A stretch of DNA of 64,000 nt from Podarcis muralis (lineage: Eukaryota). The stretch is taken from contig NC_135659.1 in the NCBI RefSeq assembly GCF_964188315.1, positions 9,176,001 to 9,240,000 on the forward strand, given 5' to 3'. Positions 38,503-49,089 of this stretch are shown in pieces. The notes under the pieces are model-generated. The model had not been told where the DNA came from. It searched no databases and saw only the letters and a program-made list of their open reading frames with translations. Position 1 is the stretch's first letter, and each line of letters opens with the position of its first letter. Position numbers and translations under genes: made by a program.

Positions 38503-39227
38503 TACAGGGGTGGAGGTGGGTGGTGGGTGGGGAGTGTGTTAACTCCTCAGCTGCTGGACTTCTTGTTCCCCAGGAGAAGTTTCCTCCTCTGTGCTTCTCC
38601 AGATCTTATTATACTCTTTGTCTTCAGCTCTTTGTCCTTCCACTCAACAGTCCCAAATGCTCTGCTCAGCCTCCTGCACCTGTCAAGGGAAAGGAGAGCA
38701 GAGCTACAAAACGCCCCAAGGTGTTGCTGCTGCAGAAGATCTGGCCATGTTTTTTTTTAATCTACTAAATAAATAAGATGCAGTGAAAGTGATGATGAGT
38801 TTGATCCAAGCATCCTTCCAGACCCTGACAGATATACAGACTCTGACCAAGAGGCTGAGTGAGCCAGAAAGCCATGGTGTGGTGGCCCTGGGATGGACAA
38901 ACAACGTTCTGGTGGAAGCGCATCAGTGGTAGAAACAGCGCCAAGAAGAAGGAAGATGGAACTCCGCAAAGAGGACTCGTTTGCAACATTAGATACAGGT
39001 CTTTCCCTTGCAGAACATGAAGCACTAGTATTACATCTGCTCAACAACCAAAGCTAATTTCTCCCCCCCCCCCTCTTATTTCAAATCTATTTTTGTCTTT
39101 GTTATCAGAAGGGCACCCAGCCAATTTGGTTGCCAGTAAATATTGCTACAGACATTTCTGAAATCATGGTCTTTCCAATGAGTGGCTCTTGTCCAGGTTT
39201 GTTACTTTAAATGTGAGGATCCTATGC

Positions 39228-39385
39228 TCTTTTAAAATGTGTTTTTTTTGGGGGGGGGGTGGAGGGTTATTGCTTTTATTTTGATTATGTATTTTGTGGT
39301 TTTGTATTTCAATTTTATTCTGTGAACAGCCCTGAGACCTCCGGGTATAGGGCAGTATATAAATAATAAAAATAAAAATAAAACA
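39228..39385 (+). mobile_element. L2-type 3' tail fragment
   Basis: tgtgaacagccctgagacctccgggtatagggcagtatataaat followed by an (AATAAA)n tail. Confidence 0.55.
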
Positions 39386-40488
39386 ACAAGCCGTACGTAG
39401 GAGGCATGGAGAAAGTGGTGGTTCTAGGCATGAATAAAATAGGCACACTCAGTCATATGAATGGCCCGCTGGTGTAGATGAAACACTGTGGATGCCAAAT
39501 CATAAAATTCTGAAAGTTGTGGACGGTGTGGTGCTACCCCTTATTCTGATAAAAGGGGTTGAGAAGGATAATAACATTCACCAGAAGGCTTGTGTGTGTG
39601 GATGTGCCTATGGAGATAATTGCCCTTTTCCCTTTAGTATGTTTCAGTGCTGCATAAAGTCACAGTGCACGTATTGCAAGACCAAATGCTTGCTTTATTC
39701 AAACAGCAACAGCAGCAGCAAAAATTAGGACGTCTAACTAACCATCTTATCCATGCCAGCTTTAAATTACACAGCGACAACTCCTCTGAACATGGTTGTA
39801 ATCTTCCCCATTAGCCGGTCGCACATGTCCTCTGTCGAAAATAGTCTCTGTGCTAACTCCAGCGACAAATCAGCCCTTGGTTTTCTTTAGCCTGATGAGA
39901 TTTGCAAAATGGGCAGAGTATACCGGAAATTGAAACATTCCATTCTGCTGCTACAGCGGTTAGCCAAAAAAAAGAAAAGGGGGGAAAGGGGGGGGGGGGG
40001 AGGAAAGGAAAGAAAAAAAAACAGGCCTTGCGTTTCTAGTACACTTTACCAGGACTTCTATAAAGGCGTTTCTGTTTAGGCGAGCACTTAAAGACGACAA
40101 CAAAGGTGATGCTGAAGTCAACAGCCATGGATGGGGCAGGGGTGGATTAAAACAATTTCATAATCCTAGCGATTTCCCTTTTTTGATCGGGATTATGAAA
40201 CCAATCATGAATATCAAAAGCTGCAGCTTAAATCAGCGACTTGGGACAGATGCCCTGCAGCTATGGACACAGCAAGAATGAAGAGCGGAGGATTCCTTTT
40301 CATTTAGGGAAAGTCTCTTGGCCCTTTGCTTCCCATTCCCCGTTCCGGTCAACTTACCGGCTGCTGGGTTTAACTGGAATGGCTGCATGATCAATATTCA
40401 GGTAAGAATTGCTTCTTTAAAACATCCACGGCGGTTTGCTGATCCGAAACAAAGCTAAAGACAAAACTATACATTTGGGAAAGCAAGG

Positions 40489-40493
<5 letters not shown>

Positions 40494-40537
<44 letters not shown>

Positions 40538-40541
40538 GTGT
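40494..40541. repeat. (GT)n microsatellite
   Basis: About 24 dinucleotide units with one interruption. Confidence 0.95.
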
Positions 40542-41258
40542 AAGTGTAACCTGGGGCATTTGTGTGAGCAGCGTTTTAATGCTTATAGGCAGCTATTGTT
40601 CTATTGATCCCAAAGGATAACAAGCTCAAAATTTAGAGGTGCACAAAAACCTTGGATTGGCATTTTCTGTGCGGTACTGCAGTTCAAAATCTCTTCTACA
40701 TCACCACACACTGGTGTAATAAAGCCGCCTGGTTTTTCATCATAGGGTAATAATTCTTTTTTTTAAAAAAAACTTCCTTTGATGGCCTGCTGTATCTTTG
40801 GTTATCTTATGCTTAAAACACGTTTGCACTGTGAAACAAAACCCATCCGTCACCATCCAATGTATGCATCCTTCGCACCAGATGACGTCTTGGCCATCTT
40901 CAGTGTTACTCTTCGGCAGCTGTATTGGGAGTTAGAAAAAGAGAATGTGCTCTAACCCATTTGACACCCCCAAAGTAAGAGTGTTCTAACCAGAATCAGA
41001 ATGAAGACAGCAGGATCACTTTAAGAAAAACCACACTTGCAAGCAATTTACTGATATACGGGCGGTTGTCTGCTGTTTTTATATGCTAACGAGGGAGCAG
41101 TAAATGTGGTGCTGTTGCTCTGTGGCACTAATAATAATTATTTTATTATTACAAATCCCATCAGCCCTGGCCAGCACAGCCAATGGTGAAGGAGGGTGGC
41201 TGTTGTAGGACAATAACAGTGGTTACGACATCAGAAGCCAGTTTAAATTGGTTTGAGA

Positions 41259-41500
41259 GCTGGTGTAATACAGTGGCTAAGAAGCTGAGCTATGAATCTG
41301 GAGGGCATTGGGTCTGAATCTTGCTTATTTAGCCTGGTGCGTAAATAAGCCTAAGCACCTGCAACAACCATGTATTCTTTACCTTCCTTTGCCTCTATTT
41401 CTCCTGTGCTGGAGTTTAGACTGTAAGCTCCTTCAGGCAGGGAACTGTCTTATTGTACTCAGTAAACCACCATGCACATGGAAGGTGCTAGATAAACAAT
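41259..41500 (+). mobile_element. Ancient tRNA-derived SINE with L2-like tail
   Basis: Degenerate head ggtgtaatacagtggctaagaagc and tail agactgtaagctcctt.aggcaggga.ctgtc. Confidence 0.45.
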
Positions 41501-41920
41501 CACCATTCAGGGAGGTAGGAAGCTTGGATGGATTTGGCAAGGTGTGGGGAGAGCCATTCTAGACCGGTCCTTTTTTTGGAGGATTCGCTAGGAGAATGGG
41601 GGAACCTTGACAGACCAAGTACTGTAGTCTTAGGCTTCAGAGCATGTGCAGAGTTCTTACAAGAAAGATGTTCTGAGAGTTTGAAAGTCTTGACAGGGCT
41701 CATCTTTGGTTACCTGGAAAGGATGGCTCCGAGGAGGCAAAAGGAACCAAAGGGGCAGCTTACATAGTTATAGGAATTAGAGATGGAAACTTCTTCCTTA
41801 AGCAGAGTATAGGATCAGTGATGAAATAAACTCTACCTCTGATTTAAGTGGTTCTATGAGCCAAAAATCTACCGACAGGATGAGCCCACCTCCTTAATGA
41901 TTCTGCACTTCCATTAAAAT

Positions 41921-42453
41921 TTGTTGTTGTTGTTTAGTCGTTTAGTCGCGTCCGACTCTTCGTGACCCCCTGGACCAGAGCACGCCAGGCACTCCTGTCT
42001 TCCACTGCCTCCCACAGTTTGGTCAAACTCATGCTGGTAGCTTCGAGAACACCATCCAACCATCTCGTCCTCTGTCGTCCCCTTCTCCTTGTGCCCTCCA
42101 TCTTTCCCAACATCAGGGTCTTTTCCAGGGAGTTTTCTCTTCTCATGAGGTGGCCAAAGTATTGGAGCCTCAGCTTCAGGATCTGTTCTTCCAGTGAGCA
42201 CTCAGGGTTGATTGCCTTCAGAATGGATAGGTTTGATCTTCTTGCAGTCCATGGGACTCTCAAGAGTCTCCTCCAGCACCATAATTCAAAAGCATCAATT
42301 CTTTGGTGACCAGCCTTCTTTATGGTCCAGCTCTCACTTCCATACATCACTACTGGGAAAACCATAGGTTTAACTATACGGACCTTTGTTGGCAAGGTGA
42401 TGTCTCTGCTTTTTAAGATGCTGTCTAGGCTTGTCATTGCTTTTCTCCCAAGA
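41921..42453 (-). mobile_element. RTE-BovB LINE 3' fragment
   Basis: Open frame [27 protein letters not shown]... and an 11-bp TSD tccattaaaat (41910-41920 / 42454-42464). Confidence 0.94.
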
Positions 42454-42649
42454 TCCATTAAAATAGTGTGAGTCATTTCAAACCAGTTAGCCTGTTGTGA
42501 GAAGAGAAAATATTGGTTAGTCAATATAATGCCGCCGCTCCGCCCCCCCGCCCAGTTTTGTGGAATACAGCTTCCACCATCTCTATAGCTGAGGATGATG
42601 GGAATTGTAGTCCACAAAAATCTCTGGAAGGCACTATTTTGGGATTTGT

Positions 42650-43425
42650 CAGGGGGCTGCTTATCAAATTTTCAGTTGACACAACGCTGGGAAGAATCGC
42701 ATCAAGAACAAAAGATTCCAAACCATCTCAACAACCTGAACTATTGAGCCAAAACCAACAAGATGAAATTCAGCAGGGATAAATGTAACAAAAAATTAAT
42801 AGGTGAGGTGGAATTGGGGAAAGAAACCTGGCTTGGAAGCAGTACATGTGAAAAGTATTTAGGAGCCTCCATGGATCAGCTTGTGAACCAGCAGTGATGA
42901 TCATAGAGGGGCAGTCTTACGTTTCGTTAACACAAGCGTAATTCCAAGATCAGGCAAAGCAATAGTTACGCTATGTTCTGTGGTGGCTGGGCCACATCTA
43001 AAGCCCCGAGTGCCACATTTTAGAAAGGACACTGACAAAGTCAAGGATGTCCAGAAGAGGGCAACCAGAATGATAAGGGGTTTGGAAACCAATGTTCTAT
43101 GAATGGTGGAAATAGGAGAGGTAGGACTGGAGAAGATTAAGGGGAGACAATCTGCAGGGCTATCACACAGAAGATGGAGCAGACTTGTTTTCCCTGTCGC
43201 TCTAGAAATCAGGACTAGAACCATACTGAAGACAAGCTGGTTCCAGCTAAGTGTTAGGATAGCCTTCCAAATGGTAACAGATGTTCAGCACTGGACTGAC
43301 TGGGAGATGGTAGACTCTTCCTTGCGTTTAAGCAGAGGACGGATGGCCATCTGTCTGGGGTACAGGAGATGCATTCAGCATAGAGCAGGTGGTTGGATTA
43401 AGGGGTCCCTTCCTATTCTATGAGA
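42650..43425 (+). mobile_element. Old degenerate CR1 LINE 3' fragment
   Basis: Remnants LIKFSVDTTLGRIA (cf. [12 protein letters not shown]) and aaggatgtccagaagagggcaacc, ending ...cttcctattctatga. Confidence 0.7.
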
Positions 43426-44529
43426 CTAAACATTTCTCAGCCTCACCCAGCCTCCATATATGCTTGCTACGTGTCTTACCAAACAGGGGGTCTGGAAAAT
43501 TACAAGATAACCCACACAAGGAGCTTCAGTCACACACAAAGCTATGTGAACTTATTGTTTGCAGCCTTTGTAGCAACACGAGGCCACTGCGTATTCTGGG
43601 TGCATCCATAAGGCTCCTAGGCTACAGCTGCACCTATAGCTTAAGGTACATTTCTTATTATCCCAGTTGAACTAGAAAAACCTCCAGCATTACTTATTAC
43701 ATTTTGTAGTTCTGCAGTGGCACATAAAGGGTGGTCAGATCTCTGGACAGGAGAGAACACAAAATGCTGCTTTGTCTGCCTTGCTCTTCTTATTGTGCAC
43801 AAGGGAAATTGGGCTGTTTAGGACGCAACTAGGGAAATATTTAAACAAGAGATCAATATGAATTCCCTGGAAGAAATAAAGAAAAGACTCTTGACCCCAC
43901 ATGGCAGTCTTTGGATTCAAAGTCTGAGTTACTGGTCCAGAAAACTAGCAAATTTTAACGTGGATTTTATGCCTTAAGCCTCACTAGGTTCAGGACGTAC
44001 CAGAACGTAGATGCAGGGAAGATTATCCTGGCAAGCAGGCTTTCATCTTTCTCTTTCTACAGCAAGTGCTTTAAATAAAGGCCCTTCCTTCCACATCCAA
44101 TTGTAGCCTTAGCAGTGCTTTTGTTCCTTGCTTGCAGACAGCAGCTGAGAGGGGGAAGCAATTTTGGAAGAGAGCTGTTAACTTTGCAGGGTTGCAAGGC
44201 ATGTCAGGAGCACTGTTCTACCCCTTGTAGCCAATACTGGTCTCCGACGGGCCAGTCAACTCTGGACTCTGCAGGCTCTGGTTCTGCCAAGTTCAACCTG
44301 CCACATGACAGGCTCTGCCCATTCCTCTTCATACTCTAAACTCTTCTCCTGATCTTCCAGTTGCCTCCAGGCTGCCATTGATCCACCTCTTTCTACCAGC
44401 GGAGGCTGGTCCATTAGGGCAATTGGTGCCCTGCCCTGCCAATCAGCTTCCTCCTTCTCGGGCTCAGTGATGTGCTGTAGAACTCAGGAAAATGGGGACA
44501 AAACTTACAGTTGGCTCTGCCTGTCATTT

Positions 44530-45010
44530 ATAATAATAATATATTTGTACCCTGCCCATCTTGCTGGGTTTCCCTAGCCACTCTGGGCGGCTTCCAACAA
44601 AGATTAAAAATACATTAAAGTGTCACACATTAAAAACTTCCCTGAACAGCCTTGACACGTCTTCTAAATGTTAGGTAGTTGTTTATCTCTTTGACATCTG
44701 ATGGGTGGGCGTTCCACAGGGCAGGTGCCACCACCGAGAAGGCCCTCTGCCTGGTTCCCTGTAGCTTTGCTTCTCACAATGAGGGAACCGCCAGAAGGCT
44801 CTCGGCGCTGGACCTCAGCGTCCGGGCAGAATGATGGGGGTGGAGACGCCTCTTCAGGTATACTGGGCGGAGGCTCTGGCTCCACATACATGCTGGGCGC
44901 CCTGCTTTTTCTGCCCCCCCCCAATCCCATGGACACCCCCCTCCACTGTTTTCTTGCTCAGTCTATTTCTCTCCTGGCTCCTCCAGCTTTGCCAATGGGG
45001 CCAGTACTCA
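44530..45010 (-). mobile_element. L2-type LINE 3' fragment
   Basis: Reverse-strand L2 3' region (gttccacagggcaggtgccaccaccgagaaggccct) with an A/T-rich tail at the left end. Confidence 0.55.
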
Positions 45011-46079
45011 CCATTACTTGAGAAGAATGGACTGTGGAACTCCTTGTCAAGAGACTGGGAGGCCTCTTTTGCCCCTTCTGACAGCCTGTTGCTGCTGTGC
45101 AAAAACATTACAGGCAGGCGCTTAACCTGCCCATCTGTTCTTTTTCATTCCCTTGCCTTGTTCATGGAAGTCTTTTATCTGCCGCCTCTTTTATTTGCTG
45201 CCACCGCCTTTTAATTTTTTTATTGTTTAGCAGGATTTAGATCGTACACTAGCTTGAGCATCTCTTTGAATGGAAGGGTAGCATCTTCTTTTGTAAATAA
45301 TTTTAACATTTTATCTTAAGCATCTCAAATTGCTTTCGAGCTTATCCCTTTCAAAGCAGTTTCAAAGCTCTTACACATCTTATGAAAACGTCCAAAAGAA
45401 GAGCGTCTTTGGATTCTTTCGCTTTTGCCTTTATCTTGTATTCCCCACCCCCACCCCCGAACTGCTCTGAGAGCTTTGGATGAAGGGTGGTATACAAATG
45501 TAATAAATAATAATAATAATAGCCAGAGAGAGAACAAGAGAGCTGTGCCTCTGTATGTTTTGGAATGATGTCGCTTTTTTAAGAAGCTCAGTCCTACGAA
45601 CAAATGCAAAAGCTGCAGGCCGCATCCTTGCAGAGCCCTGAACTTCGGCTCAAAGCAAAACTCGGAGTGTATAAATATGGAGAGACTCACCTGGCACTAC
45701 CATTACATAGCTATAGGTGCAAGGAGAAAACATTCTTCTTTACCATGGGTGTAGACAGGATTTTGTTGGGGGGGGGGGGGCAGAACCGAGTTATGTGCAA
45801 CGCAGTTGATCAGATAAAGTTAAATAGCCAGCTGTTCTCTTTGGTGGTATCCTGAGATTGCCGTCGCCCATCTTTTTAGGACCACTTTTGTTTGAGACAG
45901 AAGCATCCCATCATTATTATTTATTGAATTTATATACCGCCCTATAACTGGAGGTCTCGGGGCAGTTCTTTCCCTGGGGAGCTTTAGATAAAGGGCAGTG
46001 TAGTCACAGCAATAATAATTAGTAATACTAATAATAATTCTTTTTCAGCCTCCCCCCTTCTCTTCAGAGCGGACTTCGC

Positions 46080-46080
<1 letters not shown>

Positions 46081-46123
<43 letters not shown>

Positions 46124-46124
46124 T
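46081..46124. repeat. (TAA)n microsatellite abutting the CpG island
   Basis: About 14 trinucleotide units. Confidence 0.95.
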
Positions 46125-46139
46125 CTTTTTCAGCTCCCC

Positions 46140-46560
46140 CCCCCCTTCGCCTCCTGCCTCGTCGCCCCCAACCTCCGAGGTCTTTTCCAACTCCAGCCAT
46201 CATCTCCCTGAGAGAGAGAAGGGCGCATTCCTGAAGGGCAGCCAGCGGCCGCTGAGAGAGAGCCAGAGCCAGCCCGCTTCCTCCCTCCTCCTCCTCCTCC
46301 TCCTCCGCCATCCCTCTCTCCCTCCCTTCTCCGGGGTTTCAGGAGCGAGCAGCGGCCTTTCCAGCTTCGCCCCCCTCAGCCGCCTCGCCAGAGCCTCGGC
46401 CTCCCTGCCGGCCCAGTCAAGACCGGCGAGGCCTGGCGCCGCGGCCTAGTCGTGAGCGGGAGCGCCGGGCTCGCGTTCCCCGGCATGCCGCTCTCAGGTC
46501 CCAAGGGCGCAGGGGGCTTTGCCTGGCTGGGGAAAGAGGCCGAGTGCTCCTCCCTACATC
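46140..46560 (+). promoter_or_regulatory. KIAA1614: CpG island, probable KIAA1614 promoter / first (non-coding?) exon
   Basis: Sharp local rise in GC and CpG, with (CCT)n and GC boxes, about 5 kb upstream of the first coding exon. Candidate donors are GTGAGC (46452), GTGAGT (46746) and GTGAGC (47011). Confidence 0.7.
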
Positions 46561-47061
46561 TTGAGGCCCTGCTTTTTTGGGGGGCGCCCTCGTTTCCTAA
46601 GCGTGTGCTTTTTTAGATATATGTGTGTATGTAAAAGGATATTTATACGTGCATCTTCTTTGGGCACCCCTGCTCCCTAAGTGTGTGCTATATATATATA
46701 TATATATGCATGTATTGGCATCTTTTCTCATTGGCGCATGAGGTGGTGAGTGAAGTGAGAAGAGGCTCCTGGTTTTCTTCAGGGGATGCCAAGAGCTCAA
46801 GAAAAGTCCCTTTTGCCTTTCTGAGCGGCTGCTCCGTCCTTTCAGGTCTTCTGCTGGATCCAGTCGGTGCAAAACTATCTCTCGGGTCTTGGATGGATTT
46901 GGGGAGAATGCCTTCGCAGGGCTGCAAGCCCCGGACTCAGTTGCGCAGGCTGCAGCTGTGCCCATTTCCCCGTCAAGGAAAGTGAAGGGCAGCCGGCCGG
47001 AGAAGGCCTGGTGAGCACAAATCTTCTCCGTCTGTCTCTTTGGAGTGCAAATTCCAGGGGG

Positions 47062-49089
47062 TGCTCTTGTGGGCTTTGCGCTCCCTGGACTTGAATGCAT
47101 GCGCAAGTAGAAGCTTCCTACCGTGGCAGTTACAAATGATGCTCTTGCGGGCCATGCGCTCCCTAGGCTTGCTTGCTGACTTCAATGCATGCGTGAGTAG
47201 AGGTTTCCTGCCATGGTACTGTAGTTAGAAATGATGCTCTTGTGGGCTTTGTGCTCCCTGGACTTGAATGCATGCGCAAGTAGAAGCTTCCTACTGTGGC
47301 AGTTACAAATGATGCTCTTGCGGGCCATGCGCTCTCCAGGCTTGCTTGCTGACTTCAATGCATGCGTGGGTAGAGGTTTCCTACCATGGTACTGTAGTTA
47401 GAAATGATGCTCTTGTGGGCTTTGCGCTCCCTAGACTTGAATGCATGCGCAAGTAGAAGCTTCCTTCCGTGGCAGTTACAAATGATGCTCTTGCGGGCCA
47501 TGCGCTCCCTAGGCTTGCTTGCTGACTTCAATGCATGTGTGAGTAGAGGTTTCCTACCATGGTACTGTAGTTAGAAATGATGCTCTTGTGGGCTTTGCGC
47601 TCCCTAGACTTGAATGCATGCGCAGGTAGAAGCTTCCTACCGTGGCAGTTACAAATGATGCTCTTGCGGGCCATGCGCTCCCCAGGCTTGCTTGCTGAGT
47701 TCAATGCATGCGTGAGTAGAGGTTTCCTGCCATGGTACTGTAGTTAGAAATGATGCTCTTGTGGGCTTTGTGCTCCCTGGACTTGAATGCATGCGCAAGT
47801 AGAAGCTTCCTACCGTGGCAGTTACAAATGATGCTCTTGCGGGCCATGCGCTCCCTAGGCTTGCTTGCTGACTTCAATGCATGCGTGAGTAGAGGTTTCC
47901 TGCCATGGTACTGTAGTTAGAAATGATGCTCTTGTGGGCTTTGCGCTCCCTGGACTTGAATGCATGCGCAAGTAGAAGCTTCCTACCGTGGCAGTTACAA
48001 ATGATGCTGTTGCGGGCCATGCACTCCCTAGGCTTGCTTGCTGACTTCAATGCATGCGTGAGTAGAGGTTTCCTGCCATGGTACTGTAGTTAGAAATGAT
48101 GCTCTTGTGGGCTTTGTGCTCCCTGGACTTGAATGCATGCGCAAGTAGAAGCTTCCTACTGTGGCAGTTACAAATGATGCTCTTGCGGGCCATGCGCTCT
48201 CCAGGCTTGCTTGCTGACTTCAATGCATGCGTGGGTAGAGGTTTCCTACCATGGTACTGTAGTTAGAAATGATGCTCTTGTGGGCTTTGCGCTCCCTAGA
48301 CTTGAATGCATGCGCAAGTAGAAGCTTCCTTCCGTGGCAGTTACAAATGATGCTCTTGCGGGCCATGCGCTCCCTAGGCTTGCTTGCTGACTTCAATGCA
48401 TGTGTGAGTAGAGGTTTCCTACCATGGTACTGTAGTTAGAAATGATGCTCTTGTGGGCTTTGCGCTCCCTAGACTTGAATGCATGCGCAGGTAGAAGCTT
48501 CCTACCGTGGCAGTTACAAATGATGCTCTTGCGGGCCATGCGCTCCCCAGGCTTGCTTGCTGAGTTCAATGCATGCGTGAGTAGAGGTTTCCTACCATGG
48601 TACTGTAGTTAGAAATGATGCTCTTGTGGGCTTTGCGCTCCCTAGACTTGAATGCATGCACAAGTAATAGCTTCCTACCGTGGCAGTTACAAATGATGCT
48701 CTTGCGGGCCATGCGCTCCCTAGGCTTGCTTGCTGACTTCAGTGCATGCGTGGGTAGAGGTTTCCTACCATGGTACAGTGGCCCGTTCCAGAGGCCCGTT
48801 CACACGTGAGCAGAAAGCAACCCACGTCTGCATGTGTCATGATTCGCTGCTTCTGCGCATGCGCGTGATGTCATTTTGTGTGTCTGCGCATGCGCAAGCG
48901 GCGAAACCCAGAAGTAACCCTTTCCGATACTTCCGGGTCGCCGCAGGATGCAACCTGAAAACGCTGAAGCAAACGCAATATGAGGTATGACTGTACTGTA
49001 GTTATTTCTGATGCTTTTGTGGGCTTTGCGCTCCCTAGACTTGAATGCATGCGCAAGCAGAAGCTTCCTACTGTGGCAGTTACAAATGA
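47062..49089. repeat. 173-bp tandem array (~10.4 units; 78+95 bp subunits; 865-bp higher-order repeat), interrupted by a MITE
   Basis: The gtagtta anchor recurs at 47221, 47394, 47567, 47740, 47913, 48086, 48259, 48432 and 48605, an exact 173-bp period. Confidence 0.97.
48776..48993. mobile_element. Tigger/pogo-like MITE with rearranged left end, inserted at a TA of the array
   Basis: Right TIR gaggtatgactg|ta. TA duplicated (48774-48775 / 48994-48995). The array resumes in register on the right. Confidence 0.8.

Noticed and set aside
41934-42617. 227-aa ORF (and similar ORFs at 26494, 6354, 60225) as host genes
   Set aside because: They are BovB ORF2 C-terminal fragments bounded by TSDs.
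46597-47106. 169-aa minus-strand ORF near the CpG island (bidirectional gene?)
   Set aside because: It runs through a (TA)n microsatellite and the array edge, and has no recognisable homology.
47062-49089. CRISPR-like repeat/spacer array or protein-coding repeat
   Set aside because: There are no unique spacers, no cas genes and the context is vertebrate. The 173-bp period is not a multiple of 3 and stops interrupt the frames.
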